Positions 10,345-19,919 of a stretch of 64,000 bases of DNA are shown in pieces. The position numbers were made by a program, and so were the translations under genes. The first letter of the stretch is position 1. Every line of letters starts with the position of its first letter. This DNA comes from a virus (lineage: Duplodnaviria > Caudoviricetes), in IMG/VR virus record IMGVR_UViG_3300011868_000001, positions 1-64,000 of that record, one strand, 5' to 3'. Under the pieces are notes generated by a model. It ran no database searches, had not been told where the DNA came from, and saw only the letters and a list, made by a program, of their open reading frames with translations.

Positions 10345-11013
10345 TTATTCCACGAGTTCAAGCAATGGTCGCCAACCTAAGAAATCGCTCGCGGATGTTT
10401 TAAGCGAATAATTCAGATAGGACACGCCGTACCTGCCCCGATACGGTATAGAACTTTCTCGACATAGCGTGTATGTGCCGATACCGTTATACGCCACAAG
10501 TCCTAATTCAGCATCTGTGTATTGAGCCCAATCCCCTTCTTCAATCCCTTCCGATGCGAGGGTGGTTCTGGCCCAGGTGAAAGGCTTGCCACTGATGTGG
10601 TACATCAGGCGGTTCCACTCAGACGTATGGGTGACAAACGAGTCGTACGTATCAGCAGCGCCCGAACCACCTTCCCTAAGTCCATTTATCAGACGAACCT
10701 TATATGTTTTACCGGAGATGTCAATCTCGTTGCTTCCAGATACCGCCCCAAGTACGTTGAGGTGATTCCATGATATATTGCGACGTATAGGCATCTTGCT
10801 GATGTATTTGACTTTATTATCGACAGGGTCTTTGAACTTGAGCCAGCCGCCATTCACATTCATGGCAGTGCCGGCAGTGAGCCCTATGGCTGCAGCCAAT
10901 GCATCACCTCTGATAAAATCAGCCGACGCTACCTCACCTAGGAATGGGATAGCGCGTTTACCAAAACGCTTACGAGCCTCACTGGCTACCAACATTAGAC
11001 TATTCATATCCAT
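10345..11013 (-). CDS. virion protein, WRP(V/L)LEL paralog family (copy 1)
   Basis: Shares GLTAG, WLKF, ISWNHLN, SEWNRL.Y, GWRPLLEL with four genes at 38.5-43 kb. Confidence 0.75.
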   Translation of the reverse strand: MDMNSLMLVASEARKRFGKRAIPFLGEVASADFIRGDALAAAIGLTAGTAMNVNGGWLKFKDPVDNKVKYISKMPIRRNISWNHLNVLGAVSGSNEIDISGKTYKVRLINGLREGGSGAADTYDSFVTHTSEWNRLMYHISGKPFTWARTTLASEGIEEGDWAQYTDAELGLVAYNGIGTYTLCRESSIPYRGRYGVSYLNYSLKTSASDFLGWRPLLELVE

Positions 11014-11047
11014 CCCTTACTTATCGCCCGTCAGAGATAACTAGGCT

Positions 11048-11419
11048 TCATAGTATTTCACCTCGATACTGCACGGCGTAGCCGTTATCTTCGGCCACCT
11101 CAAGGATGTACTGAAGGTACAGGTGTCGGTGGCAGAATTTACCGGCTTTACAGTAACAGGCAATGGCCAATGGACCCGGTCGTTCCAAGAACGCCTCGAA
11201 GTCCTCAGGAGCCTCTATAAAGCGTTTCCTGAGCTTCTCTAAGTAAAGCTGGGTGTATTCCTCATCGGAGACTTCACCGCGCTTGTAGGCCCATAAGACG
11301 TCGTCATAAGGGGCAAAGGGTTTGTACCCCGACTTGACGGTGATGTCGAACAGTTCAATGTGCCGCGCTTTCGCTTTGCGCCACTGGGGAATGGCAATTG
11401 TGTACAGGTCCATACCCAC
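11048..11419 (-). CDS. DUF488-like protein
   Basis: FAP..D...YK.G, IACYC....CHR motif. Confidence 0.65.
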   Translation of the reverse strand: MGMDLYTIAIPQWRKAKARHIELFDITVKSGYKPFAPYDDVLWAYKRGEVSDEEYTQLYLEKLRKRFIEAPEDFEAFLERPGPLAIACYCKAGKFCHRHLYLQYILEVAEDNGYAVQYRGEIL

Positions 11420-11471
11420 TCCTTATTTCCTCTATACAGTACCTGGCATTATTTCCAAATCACGGCAACAC

Positions 11472-11910
11472 AAAAAAAAAATAACAATGTACATCCCCCA
11501 GTGATCGAACCCATGATAGAGTCTGATCACTGGAGGCTGCACATTGGCGACGGGTTCAGCGAGGAGTGGCACCTAGACCGTCACACGCTGCTTTGGGTTA
11601 GCCGGCCCCAAGCAACGCCTTTCTTGCAGCGGTACGGAACAACAGCTCAACGTACCATCGTTTACTGACACACACTGCTAGGTAGCGGTGGAAGCAGGGC
11701 GTCAGAACAGCAACAACCTTGGTTATCACGACGAGTTCACCAAGGGCAACGAAGAAGACCCAGGAGGCCGAAGCCTCCATGAGTAGTGGGTGACAATCGG
11801 TGCCTTATGGGGGTAGGCTGTCACGCCGGTGCAGAGGATTATCTGCACTGATTTACGCACTTAAGCGCATTGGGGGTGAGGATCAAGTTGTGAAAGAACA
11901 GGTCCTACAT
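11472..11910 (-). ncRNA. putative structured non-coding RNA
   Basis: About 9 consecutive hairpins, no credible ORF, TATG at 5' end and hairpin plus U-run at 3' end on minus strand, C(UUCG)G loop on minus strand. Confidence 0.5.
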
Positions 11911-11973
11911 ACTATACTGGGTTTTACTGCTAAAAATTGTCAAGGCAGGTGGGGGTAAACACCCCCACGTCCT

Positions 11974-13344
11974 TTAGACTCCCAGCAGCACGCCCATCGC
12001 GCGCACGTTGGCTTCACCGTCACGCACCGAGGCTGCAATCCAGGTGTGGTAATGACGTGCCAAGACATCAGCGGCGCGCGGTGCAACCATGCTGTCGTCG
12101 AACACGAACTCATCACCCAAACCATTGAGCAGTGCTTCATGACCGGCTTCAGTCAGCAGGTCTTGGGTATGCAGGAAACTCATCAGCGAATTGAGGATGT
12201 CCTTGACGGTATCCTTGTCTTCGGTACGAGTGGCCAGGCTTTCGAAGACCACCGGCTCCAATGACTCCGTCGAAGCGGTTTCTTCCTCTTCGTCATCATC
12301 GTCATCGTTCTCGGTGTTTTCTTCTTCTTCTTGCGTTTCGTCGGTGTTTACTTCAGCTTCGCTGTCAGCAGCGTTGTTGGCTGCCTCGACTTCGCTTTCA
12401 GCAGCATCGATTTCCACATCGGCGATGGCGGTGTCATCCTCGACGTCAGCTTCAGTGCCGGCGTTGTCATCGGTCACATCGCCGCCTTCACCACCTTCGA
12501 GATCGAGATCAGCCGAAGCTTCCTCGCCACCTTCGACAGGCTCATCGGTTTCAGGCTTATCGACTTCGTGTTCGATGGTCGTGACCTTGGTCTCGTCATC
12601 AAGAATGGCACCGGACGGGTTTTCACCCCGATGCTTCTCGATCATGTCGCCCATGGGATCACCGCCCTCACTACCCACGCTTTCTGCTTCACTGCGAATG
12701 CCTTCGGCATGCTCCAGTGCTTGCTCGTGGGCCTTGGTCACCAGCGCTTCGATGCGCTCGACCGCTTCGGACATCTCACCGAGCACCTGGGTCTCTTCCA
12801 GCGCTTCCAGCGAGACGCCCAGCCCATGGAGGTTGTCTTTGACACGCTGTGCCACCGTGAGGACCATGGGTCGGGCCAGATCGACACTCATCCCTTCCAT
12901 GGACAGTACTTGGCGCACGGTGCCGATGTTCTCACGGTACAGACCGAGTACCTCTGCCGAGAAGAGCGCCTCTTGCGACACAGCGGTTTCAGCGTCACGG
13001 GTGGTGAACGGAACCGGTTGCTGCGATTCGGCTTTCTCGAGCAGTGCTTGTTCGATGTCTTCGACTTCAGTCAGTCGAGGTGTCAGGACATCTTGCATGA
13101 TCAGCTCGACACGAGCCTGACCTTCTTCCACGCCTTCGACCACAGCCAGATCACCTTGATGATCGGCTTCTTCCAAGACACCTTCGGCCAACACTTGGTA
13201 GGCGTTGACAGCATCGTCTTCCAACGACGGTTGTGCCAACATCACCTTACCGATTGCCATCAGGGATTCCAGGCTGGTGCGATAGTTCTGCGCCGAATGG
13301 AGCAGCTCTACGGCGGTCGGTTGAGCGGTGGTTTTATGCGTCAT
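11974..13344 (-). CDS. acidic internal head/scaffold-like protein
   Basis: Very D/E-rich with many S/A-x-E sites (SLE, SQE, SME, ALE, STE) of the kind cut by phiKZ-type prohead protease. Confidence 0.6.
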   Translation of the reverse strand: MTHKTTAQPTAVELLHSAQNYRTSLESLMAIGKVMLAQPSLEDDAVNAYQVLAEGVLEEADHQGDLAVVEGVEEGQARVELIMQDVLTPRLTEVEDIEQALLEKAESQQPVPFTTRDAETAVSQEALFSAEVLGLYRENIGTVRQVLSMEGMSVDLARPMVLTVAQRVKDNLHGLGVSLEALEETQVLGEMSEAVERIEALVTKAHEQALEHAEGIRSEAESVGSEGGDPMGDMIEKHRGENPSGAILDDETKVTTIEHEVDKPETDEPVEGGEEASADLDLEGGEGGDVTDDNAGTEADVEDDTAIADVEIDAAESEVEAANNAADSEAEVNTDETQEEEENTENDDDDDEEEETASTESLEPVVFESLATRTEDKDTVKDILNSLMSFLHTQDLLTEAGHEALLNGLGDEFVFDDSMVAPRAADVLARHYHTWIAASVRDGEANVRAMGVLLGV

Positions 13345-13391
13345 CTTATGACCCTCTTAGTTCTACTCCCTGATTCACAAGGAATATAGGA

Positions 13392-16304
13392 ATGTACGCC
13401 AGTTTTTCGCGCATGCTGGGATTGGTCTCTGTCAAAGAGACGGATTCTCACATTATAGTCAATGGAATCCCCGGTTTGCGTTTTTCCAGAGACATTTACA
13501 ACCACTGGAAAACCAGCAAAATCAACAATAACCTGTTCACGACGGTGTCCCGGTCATCGGTGAAATTCCCTAAGTTCTACGCCATCGAAGTGCTCTATAT
13601 CATCGAGCAGCTCATCCAATCTCGGCGCACCTACGTCGGGCGTCGGTTGCTTAGCCGCGTGGCTGAAGAGCTGACACACAGCACATGGTTGCGCAATATC
13701 GGCGTGACGGGGTTTGCACCACGCCTTGATTACAGTGCGCTGGCAGACCTTAACGTCACATTATTTCCTCACCAACTTAATTTTTTACGTGAGTACGATC
13801 GGACCACGTTCGAATACTCGCTTCAAGGCATGCTGATGGATGTCGCCGCAGGCGGTGGCAAGACGATCACCAACTACTCCTTGGGGTATGTGCTCAAAGC
13901 TGACACCAACATCTTGGTGGTACCGAAGAACTCGGTACTCGATGTCTGGGTCAAGACCATCAACATGCTGTTTAAAGTCACGCCCGACTACTGGCACAGC
14001 CTGAGTGGACTTGATCCGGTGGCTGGGAAGAAGTACTACATCGTCCATTACGATTACCTGGATAAGTTCCTTGCCTTTGCCAAGGCGAACAAAGGTAACT
14101 TTGGTAAGGTGTTTGTCGCCATCGATGAATCGCACAACTTTAACGAGCAGTCAGCCCGGACCAACTACCTGGTCGAGCTGGTTCAGGTCGTTAAAGCACG
14201 CGATGTTGTTCATGCCTCCGGTACACCGTTCAAGGCCATGGGTTCGGAAGCCATCACCTTGCTCAAGACGGTCTGCCGTGATTTCACGCCGGATGTCGAA
14301 GCCTCCTTCCGCAAGATGTTCGGTAAAGAGGCCAAGCGCGCCCTGGAGATTCTGGCCAACCGCATCGGGATCGTGTCCTTTAAAGTCCCGAAACAGGACA
14401 TCGAAACCCCTGGCGTGGACTATCACGAGGAGAAGATCACAATCAAAAATGGTCAGGACTACACTCTGACCAGTGTGCGCGACAAGATGAGCAAGTTCAT
14501 CGAAGAGCGTCTGGAGTTCTACCGCAAAGGCATGAAGGAATACGAAGCGCTCTATGCCCAGTGCATGGATTTACATGCTCAATCACTTGGCAGTAACAAC
14601 GCCGCCAAGACTGAGTTTGCAGAATACAATCGTGCCATTGCCACGATCCGTAAAGGGTACGACCCAGTCACCATGAAAGACCTGGTGATGTTCTGCAACC
14701 GGTACGAACTGAAGAAGATTGTACCGTCCCTGCCTGAGCGTTTCCGTAAGCCGTTCTTGAATGTCCGGGCAATCATCAAGTACGTTGATCTTAAGGTCAT
14801 GGGTGAGGCTTTGTCCCAGGTGTTGGGTCGGATGCGCATTCAGTGCCATCTGGACATGTTGCCAAGCATGCCGCTCGATACCATCATCGACAATGCGGCC
14901 AGTAAGACAGTGATCTTCACCAGCTACGTTGAAGTTGTGAAAGAGCTGGATGGCTTGCTGAGTAACGCCGGGTACAAACCCTTGCTGGTCTATGGCGACA
15001 CCAACAAGGACTTGACCAACATCGTCAAGAAGTTCGAACAAGACCCGGATGCCAACCCGCTGATCGCTACCTTCAAAAGCCTGTCGACTGCTGTGCCGTT
15101 GACCATGGCCAACACCGAGATCTTCACTAACGCCCCGTTCCGTGACTACGAGCGGACGCAGACGATCGCTCGAGTTGACCGTATCGGGCAGAAGCACCGC
15201 TGTCATGTTTGGGAGATCTTCCTAGACACCGGAGCCGAAGGCAATATCTCTACCCGTTCCAAGGACATTATGCAGTGGTCGAAAGAACAAGTAGCCAAAA
15301 TCTTAGGTGTGGAAGCTCCCGACGACTTGGAGACGTCGCTCGAGTCGCTGGTGGAGAACCCGAACGCCACGTTGACTGACGCTGAAGCCTTCATGGATCA
15401 GCTCAAGCAGCAACTGCCGATCGATGTGGTGGACGGTGATGAAGTCAGTCTGGAAGGGCTCCTCTCGTCCTTGGGCGGTCTGTTTAAGAAAAAGAAGCCG
15501 TCCGTGGAAGGCCTGCCTTCGAACCAGAAGGACTCCTCCTACCGTGAGCGCGACGCCGCGGTGAAGAAGTTTCTCGGCGAGATGGAGAAAACGTACCTGG
15601 ATCGTCAATGGGTGGCTAAGCAGAAGTTTGTGACCACCCCCATTGCGGCCAAGGACTTTTCGTCCACCTTCGAACTCGATGGCAGACCACCGGTTGATCC
15701 GTTGGCCAACCTGGAGTTGTTTAAGCGACGGATGCAGGACTTCCTCACCAAGTGGCATGTGGTTCTGAAAGGGACCCATGACAAGGTGCAGGCGTTGCAC
15801 GACGGCGTGCTCAAACAACACGCCAAAGGCGGCGACGAGGACAAACTGATCGACTACGTGAAACAGGTCATCAAGCAGTTCGAGGCCCTGCCTGACCCCA
15901 TGCAGAAACTCCCCAAGCTTCAGGGTACGCTGCTGGGCAATCAGACGTTCGTTGTCGGCAAACACGGCGAGCTGGATCGTAAGGTCAACGTGGAGCCTAA
16001 GGGTGTTGATACCCTGCCGCCCCTGACAGCCGAGCAGATCGTCACCGTGGCCACGCTGATCAAGGCCATTGTCACGGAAAAATGGACGCCGGCGTTTCCG
16101 AAGTTGTCGTGGCTTGACTTTGAAGACGGTGATGCCTTTACCGATTGGATCTACGATGCAGACAACGCTGTCTACATGGATTACTACGACCGTTTCTACT
16201 GGCAGAGTGCATGCCGGCGGTGGGTCGATGCCACTTGGTGGCTGAAGGGAGACCATGATATTGTCGTCGGCCTGATCAAGTGGATGGATCGCTCGATCAA
16301 ATAA
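13392..16304 (+). CDS. SNF2/SF2-like helicase with C-terminal extension
   Basis: AAGGGKT (motif I), IDESH (II), ASGTP (III), QTIARVDRIGQ (VI); about 300 extra residues after TSLESL/VSLEGL. Confidence 0.85.
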   Translation: MYASFSRMLGLVSVKETDSHIIVNGIPGLRFSRDIYNHWKTSKINNNLFTTVSRSSVKFPKFYAIEVLYIIEQLIQSRRTYVGRRLLSRVAEELTHSTWLRNIGVTGFAPRLDYSALADLNVTLFPHQLNFLREYDRTTFEYSLQGMLMDVAAGGGKTITNYSLGYVLKADTNILVVPKNSVLDVWVKTINMLFKVTPDYWHSLSGLDPVAGKKYYIVHYDYLDKFLAFAKANKGNFGKVFVAIDESHNFNEQSARTNYLVELVQVVKARDVVHASGTPFKAMGSEAITLLKTVCRDFTPDVEASFRKMFGKEAKRALEILANRIGIVSFKVPKQDIETPGVDYHEEKITIKNGQDYTLTSVRDKMSKFIEERLEFYRKGMKEYEALYAQCMDLHAQSLGSNNAAKTEFAEYNRAIATIRKGYDPVTMKDLVMFCNRYELKKIVPSLPERFRKPFLNVRAIIKYVDLKVMGEALSQVLGRMRIQCHLDMLPSMPLDTIIDNAASKTVIFTSYVEVVKELDGLLSNAGYKPLLVYGDTNKDLTNIVKKFEQDPDANPLIATFKSLSTAVPLTMANTEIFTNAPFRDYERTQTIARVDRIGQKHRCHVWEIFLDTGAEGNISTRSKDIMQWSKEQVAKILGVEAPDDLETSLESLVENPNATLTDAEAFMDQLKQQLPIDVVDGDEVSLEGLLSSLGGLFKKKKPSVEGLPSNQKDSSYRERDAAVKKFLGEMEKTYLDRQWVAKQKFVTTPIAAKDFSSTFELDGRPPVDPLANLELFKRRMQDFLTKWHVVLKGTHDKVQALHDGVLKQHAKGGDEDKLIDYVKQVIKQFEALPDPMQKLPKLQGTLLGNQTFVVGKHGELDRKVNVEPKGVDTLPPLTAEQIVTVATLIKAIVTEKWTPAFPKLSWLDFEDGDAFTDWIYDADNAVYMDYYDRFYWQSACRRWVDATWWLKGDHDIVVGLIKWMDRSIK

Positions 16305-16320
16305 AGCAAAAAAAGAAACG

Positions 16321-16354
16321 GCATAGAGAGGGAGCCTAGGCTCCCTCTCTATGC
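16321..16354. terminator. stem-loop between convergent genes
   Basis: gcatagagagggagcc-ta-ggctccctctctatgc, preceded by an A-run. Confidence 0.85.
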
Positions 16355-16360
16355 TGTCAG

Positions 16361-16681
16361 TTAGCCTCGAAACGGCTCACCGACAGGCTGGGTCGATTCG
16401 ATCAGCGCAGCCAGGCTGTCGAACTGAGTATCACGTCCAGCAACATCGACTTCGATCAGCAGGCCATCACCTTCGTCGGTCACGATGTAATCGGCAGCAG
16501 CCAGGCTGGCTACCAGACGCTTACGGGTGACAGTCTTCAGTCGCTCGAGGCCCATTTGGGTTTTGAGTTCGGCTTCGGAGATGGTCAGGACGATCGGTGC
16601 AAAGTTGCCTTTGGCGATATTGAGTTTGACGCGGTACTCGACGGCATCGATGATGGTTTTGGCTACGGCTTTATACGGCAT
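16361..16681 (-). CDS. hypothetical protein
   Basis: ATG with AGGAG SD, phage-like codon usage. Confidence 0.7.
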   Translation of the reverse strand: MPYKAVAKTIIDAVEYRVKLNIAKGNFAPIVLTISEAELKTQMGLERLKTVTRKRLVASLAAADYIVTDEGDGLLIEVDVAGRDTQFDSLAALIESTQPVGEPFRG

Positions 16682-16728
16682 GTTACTGCTCCTGGTGGTT
16701 ATCGAGTGTTGGGTGAAACAATGTTGGA

Positions 16729-17022
16729 TTAGTGGATGGGTTGAAGGCCATGGGTCTCCAACAGCCGGCGTGTGCGGTTGACCCAGGTTTCATTGGGCGG
16801 GCGTTTGGACAGACGACTGGCTACCTTGCGGCGTACCGTGCGTTCTTCGAACAGCAGCCCCAGTGGGTAGTAACCACAACCCTTCTCCGGGGTTCCGTGG
16901 CGCACCAGCAGATCACGGGCATCGTCGACTTCTTCGACCGGGATGCTAAGGTAGCTGATGCCAGTATCGGCCTGAATCTTCTTGAAGACCAGACCTTCTT
17001 CTTCGTGATAGACGTTGATCAT
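16729..17022 (-). CDS. hypothetical protein
   Basis: Start moved to ATG 17022 (SD AAGGAG). Confidence 0.65.
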   Translation of the reverse strand: MINVYHEEEGLVFKKIQADTGISYLSIPVEEVDDARDLLVRHGTPEKGCGYYPLGLLFEERTVRRKVASRLSKRPPNETWVNRTRRLLETHGLQPIH

Positions 17023-17032
17023 GAGTGTCTCC

Positions 17033-17707
17033 TTAGAATTGAGCAAGGGTCTGAAGGTAGTCATCCAGCTCAGCGCGCTTGGCTGACCACATCTCACTTG
17101 TGATAGATCGGCGGAACGAGCATGCCACCAGTGGGTCGTGAAAGCAGTTACCGGCGGCCGCATAGACAAACTTATCGTTTATCTCAAATCGCACCAAGAT
17201 ATCCGGGTCGATGAACATACCGACATTGTTCCTGCACATTTCGATCATGCGCTTGAACACTTTCATCTCGTTGATCTGACAATACAGCAATCCTCTTTTC
17301 CGATAGAGAATACCGCCCAGTTCATGACGAATGATGCAACCATCGGCCGCGCGCTCATTGAGATAGATGCCGTTGGGTCTGTTGATGAACACCTCGACAT
17401 CGATCAGCTGATCACAGACCTTAAGCTTTTTGAGTTTGTGCAGGTACATCACCGCGCCGAAGACAGCAGGCAAGGTTGTCTCCAGTCCCTTGAACTTCTT
17501 GGCACTGTCAAGAATGATCCGGCCATCCTCGTTCTGCTCGTACTTCATGATCAAGGTATCGTCCTTGATCTCATAGCCCACCTCTTCTTCAACCGATGGC
17601 TGACGAGAGATGTAGAGGTTTTCGAAAACTTCAGTGGTGTTCAGACGGATTTCTTCGAAATCGGTGTGGTCGATGATGAATGAATACTGCATGGGTGTCT
17701 GCTCCAA
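17033..17707 (-). CDS. hypothetical protein
   Basis: Tightly packed in minus-strand cluster. Confidence 0.65.
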   Translation of the reverse strand: MEQTPMQYSFIIDHTDFEEIRLNTTEVFENLYISRQPSVEEEVGYEIKDDTLIMKYEQNEDGRIILDSAKKFKGLETTLPAVFGAVMYLHKLKKLKVCDQLIDVEVFINRPNGIYLNERAADGCIIRHELGGILYRKRGLLYCQINEMKVFKRMIEMCRNNVGMFIDPDILVRFEINDKFVYAAAGNCFHDPLVACSFRRSITSEMWSAKRAELDDYLQTLAQF

Positions 17708-17722
17708 ATAGCAGTGGGTAGG

Positions 17723-18295
17723 TTATTTGACTTTCTTAAGGGCCAGCCACTCATCGCGGTAGTCCCCGTAGGTCACATGGTGTTTATTCAGGCTGTAGGT
17801 CAGCACAGGCACTTTGACGAACTTCTGTTCCAGTTCATGTTCGAACTGTTGCTCAGCCGTGCAGCCGTTTAACTCACCTTGATAGATGAGGTACTGACCG
17901 ACCTGCATGTTGTTGATGATGTCCTTGGCAAACGGCTTGTTGCAAGGTGGCCAAGTCATCACCACGACATCGTACTGGCGAAGGTCCAACTCACGGGCAT
18001 CATGATGGATCACCCCGTAGTTGATGTCAGCGTTGGTGTAATGACTGGAGAGGTTATCGTAGGCTTCATAGTGCTTCACACCCAGTCGTCTTAGGTGGGC
18101 AGCCAGAAAGCCATTGCCAGCTCCAACCTCGATAGTCTTACGGCTCTTCAGGAAGCCTGTGAGAATATCGACAGTCTCTTTTGACAGCATGAAATAACAC
18201 TGAGTCCGTGTCAGGGCATAAAGCTCGGAGACCGACAGGTCCCGAGCTACGAGTGCCTTGAGTTGAGCTTCAGTCATCAGATCAGGTAGTTGCAT
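17723..18295 (-). CDS. class I SAM-dependent methyltransferase-like protein
   Basis: IEVGAGNGFLA glycine loop, VMTWPP, IYQGE..GCT. Confidence 0.75.
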   Translation of the reverse strand: MQLPDLMTEAQLKALVARDLSVSELYALTRTQCYFMLSKETVDILTGFLKSRKTIEVGAGNGFLAAHLRRLGVKHYEAYDNLSSHYTNADINYGVIHHDARELDLRQYDVVVMTWPPCNKPFAKDIINNMQVGQYLIYQGELNGCTAEQQFEHELEQKFVKVPVLTYSLNKHHVTYGDYRDEWLALKKVK

Positions 18296-18337
18296 GATAA
18301 ATCTCTGTAGGTGATGGTCCCCAATGGACCATGGGTA

Positions 18338-18493
18338 TTAGCGCGATGGCTTGGTGATCTCAGGCACATCTGCAATTAATTGGCTGACTTTTTCACGAAT
18401 TACCTTTTTCTCCCGCTTCTTTCTCAAATGCCGCTCAACACCCCAGCCTACAACAGCACCAACAACGACACTTGCAGCAATGCGACCAATCAT
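18338..18493 (-). CDS. small membrane-anchored protein (51 aa)
   Basis: Not in track; MIGRIAASVVVGAVVGWGVERHLRKKREKK...; GGAG SD; first gene after candidate early promoter. Confidence 0.6.
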   Translation of the reverse strand: MIGRIAASVVVGAVVGWGVERHLRKKREKKVIREKVSQLIADVPEITKPSR

Positions 18494-18532
18494 GATTTAA
18501 GCTCCAATAGCTTCGGTTATGGGTATACATCG

Positions 18533-18545
18533 CTATCATGTATTG
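18533..18545 (-). promoter_or_regulatory. candidate early promoter (ATACATGATAG)
   Basis: cgctatcatgtat (13 nt) identical at 18531 and 22718, both just inside a hairpin. Confidence 0.5.
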
Positions 18546-18602
18546 TCGTAGAAAAGTCGAATCAAGTCGGCATAGAGGAGGGCCGACGCCCTCCTCTAGG
18601 TA

Positions 18603-18881
18603 TCAATCGGGCTGTACTGCGTTGTTGCGGGCGTTGATCAGTCGGATGTTGTTGTTGCAACGCATCACCGACTTGACCTGATGAATGTAGGCATCACCAA
18701 TGATGACGAGCTTCTCATCTGGGGTTGCATCCAAGTACTGCTCAGGCTGCGGAGGTTTGGCTACGTTGCACTCCGGCACCTCATGATACGGTTGGGCCTG
18801 GCAGCCACTCAAGGCGGCCAGCAGTACCACGGCCATGATCAGAAAGCCCACAGGGATTGGCCACTTGGGCCGACCTGTCAT
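18603..18881 (-). CDS. o-spanin-like lipoprotein
   Basis: Hydrophobic signal with lipobox LSGC, Pro-rich mature part, ATGA overlap with upstream TM/coiled-coil gene. Confidence 0.65.
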   Translation of the reverse strand: MTGRPKWPIPVGFLIMAVVLLAALSGCQAQPYHEVPECNVAKPPQPEQYLDATPDEKLVIIGDAYIHQVKSVMRCNNNIRLINARNNAVQPD

Positions 18882-19390
18882 CGGAAGGGTGCACATACAT
18901 TGTCCTCATTGTTGGTGGCTGTGCAGTATGCTCGCCAGGTGTTGTTCAGTACTTGATTGGCTATTTCTTCATTGACCGGACGTAGCTGACTGACCGCTGG
19001 ATCGAACAACTCAGCCTTTTCTGGATCGGTGGTCGGACACTGCGTCTGACGATCACGGTATTTGATCACCTCAACAATTTGAGGACCTACCGGTGCTGGC
19101 GCTTTGGCATCATACCGCGCAGCACACAGAAGATTGACCTGCGATTGTTCGATCTCATCGAAGTTCAACTTGATTTTCTTCTTGGTGTTGGTGTGATCAT
19201 CGATTGAGTCGGTAAGCTTTTTGATCACCCCTTCCAATCGTTTGATTTCGGTATTTTGTTGGGCGACAGTGGTGTGCATGTTAAAGGACCAGTTGACCCA
19301 GAAGGCGAACCCTCCGACAACTGCTCCGATCAGAAGTATTTTCAAGACCAGCCCCTTAAGGCCCGTCAATTTAAGCAATTTGGTAAACAT
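18878..19390 (-). CDS. i-spanin-like protein
   Basis: N-terminal TM helix then coiled coil; paired with lipoprotein gene. Confidence 0.6.
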   Translation of the reverse strand: MFTKLLKLTGLKGLVLKILLIGAVVGGFAFWVNWSFNMHTTVAQQNTEIKRLEGVIKKLTDSIDDHTNTKKKIKLNFDEIEQSQVNLLCAARYDAKAPAPVGPQIVEVIKYRDRQTQCPTTDPEKAELFDPAVSQLRPVNEEIANQVLNNTWRAYCTATNNEDNVCAPFR

Positions 19391-19477
19391 GAAATAGGCC
19401 TCTTAGGACATGACTCATATTAGTAGTGATCCGGCATAGAGAGCGGCCAAACGGCCGCTCTCTATCAGGGCGCAGAC

Positions 19478-19852
19478 TTACAGCTGTTCGATGAACGCTG
19501 CCAGGATCGCGGCTTGCAGGGCAGCAACCGTGATCTTGCGACGCTTGGCTTCTTCGCGCAGCTTGGCACGCTGAGCTTCGGTCAGCTTGCCGCCAACCAG
19601 ACCGGCCAGGAACTTGCTCAGATCGACTTCAGCCTTGGCGACTTTGGCTTTCGGCGCAGCCTTCTTTGCTACCGGCTTGGCCGGGGCCTTGACAGCAGCA
19701 ACGGCAGGCTTGGCTGGCGCAGTGGCTTTCTTGGCGGTGGCCTTGGCCGGAGCAGCTTTGGCGGCAGGCTTGGCAGCGGGCTTGGTAGCAGGGGTTTTCT
19801 TGGCGGCGGCAGGCTTGGTCGCAGCGGTAGCGGTTTTCTTGGCGGTGGCCAT
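19478..19852 (-). CDS. histone H1/AlgP-like Lys-Ala-Pro-rich protein
   Basis: KPAA/KKAA/KPVA repeats over about 75 aa then a short helical domain; ATG 19852 with GAGAGGGA SD. Confidence 0.75.
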   Translation of the reverse strand: MATAKKTATAATKPAAAKKTPATKPAAKPAAKAAPAKATAKKATAPAKPAVAAVKAPAKPVAKKAAPKAKVAKAEVDLSKFLAGLVGGKLTEAQRAKLREEAKRRKITVAALQAAILAAFIEQL

Positions 19853-19919
19853 GTCAGTATTCCCTCTCGGACTCATTGTGGTTTATCAGACCCGATTAAG
19901 GTCTGTCATATAATGGCAC

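Noticed and set aside
11472-11910. CRISPR-like or other repeat-spacer array
   Set aside because: Hairpin stems are unrelated in sequence; no direct repeat with regular spacing.
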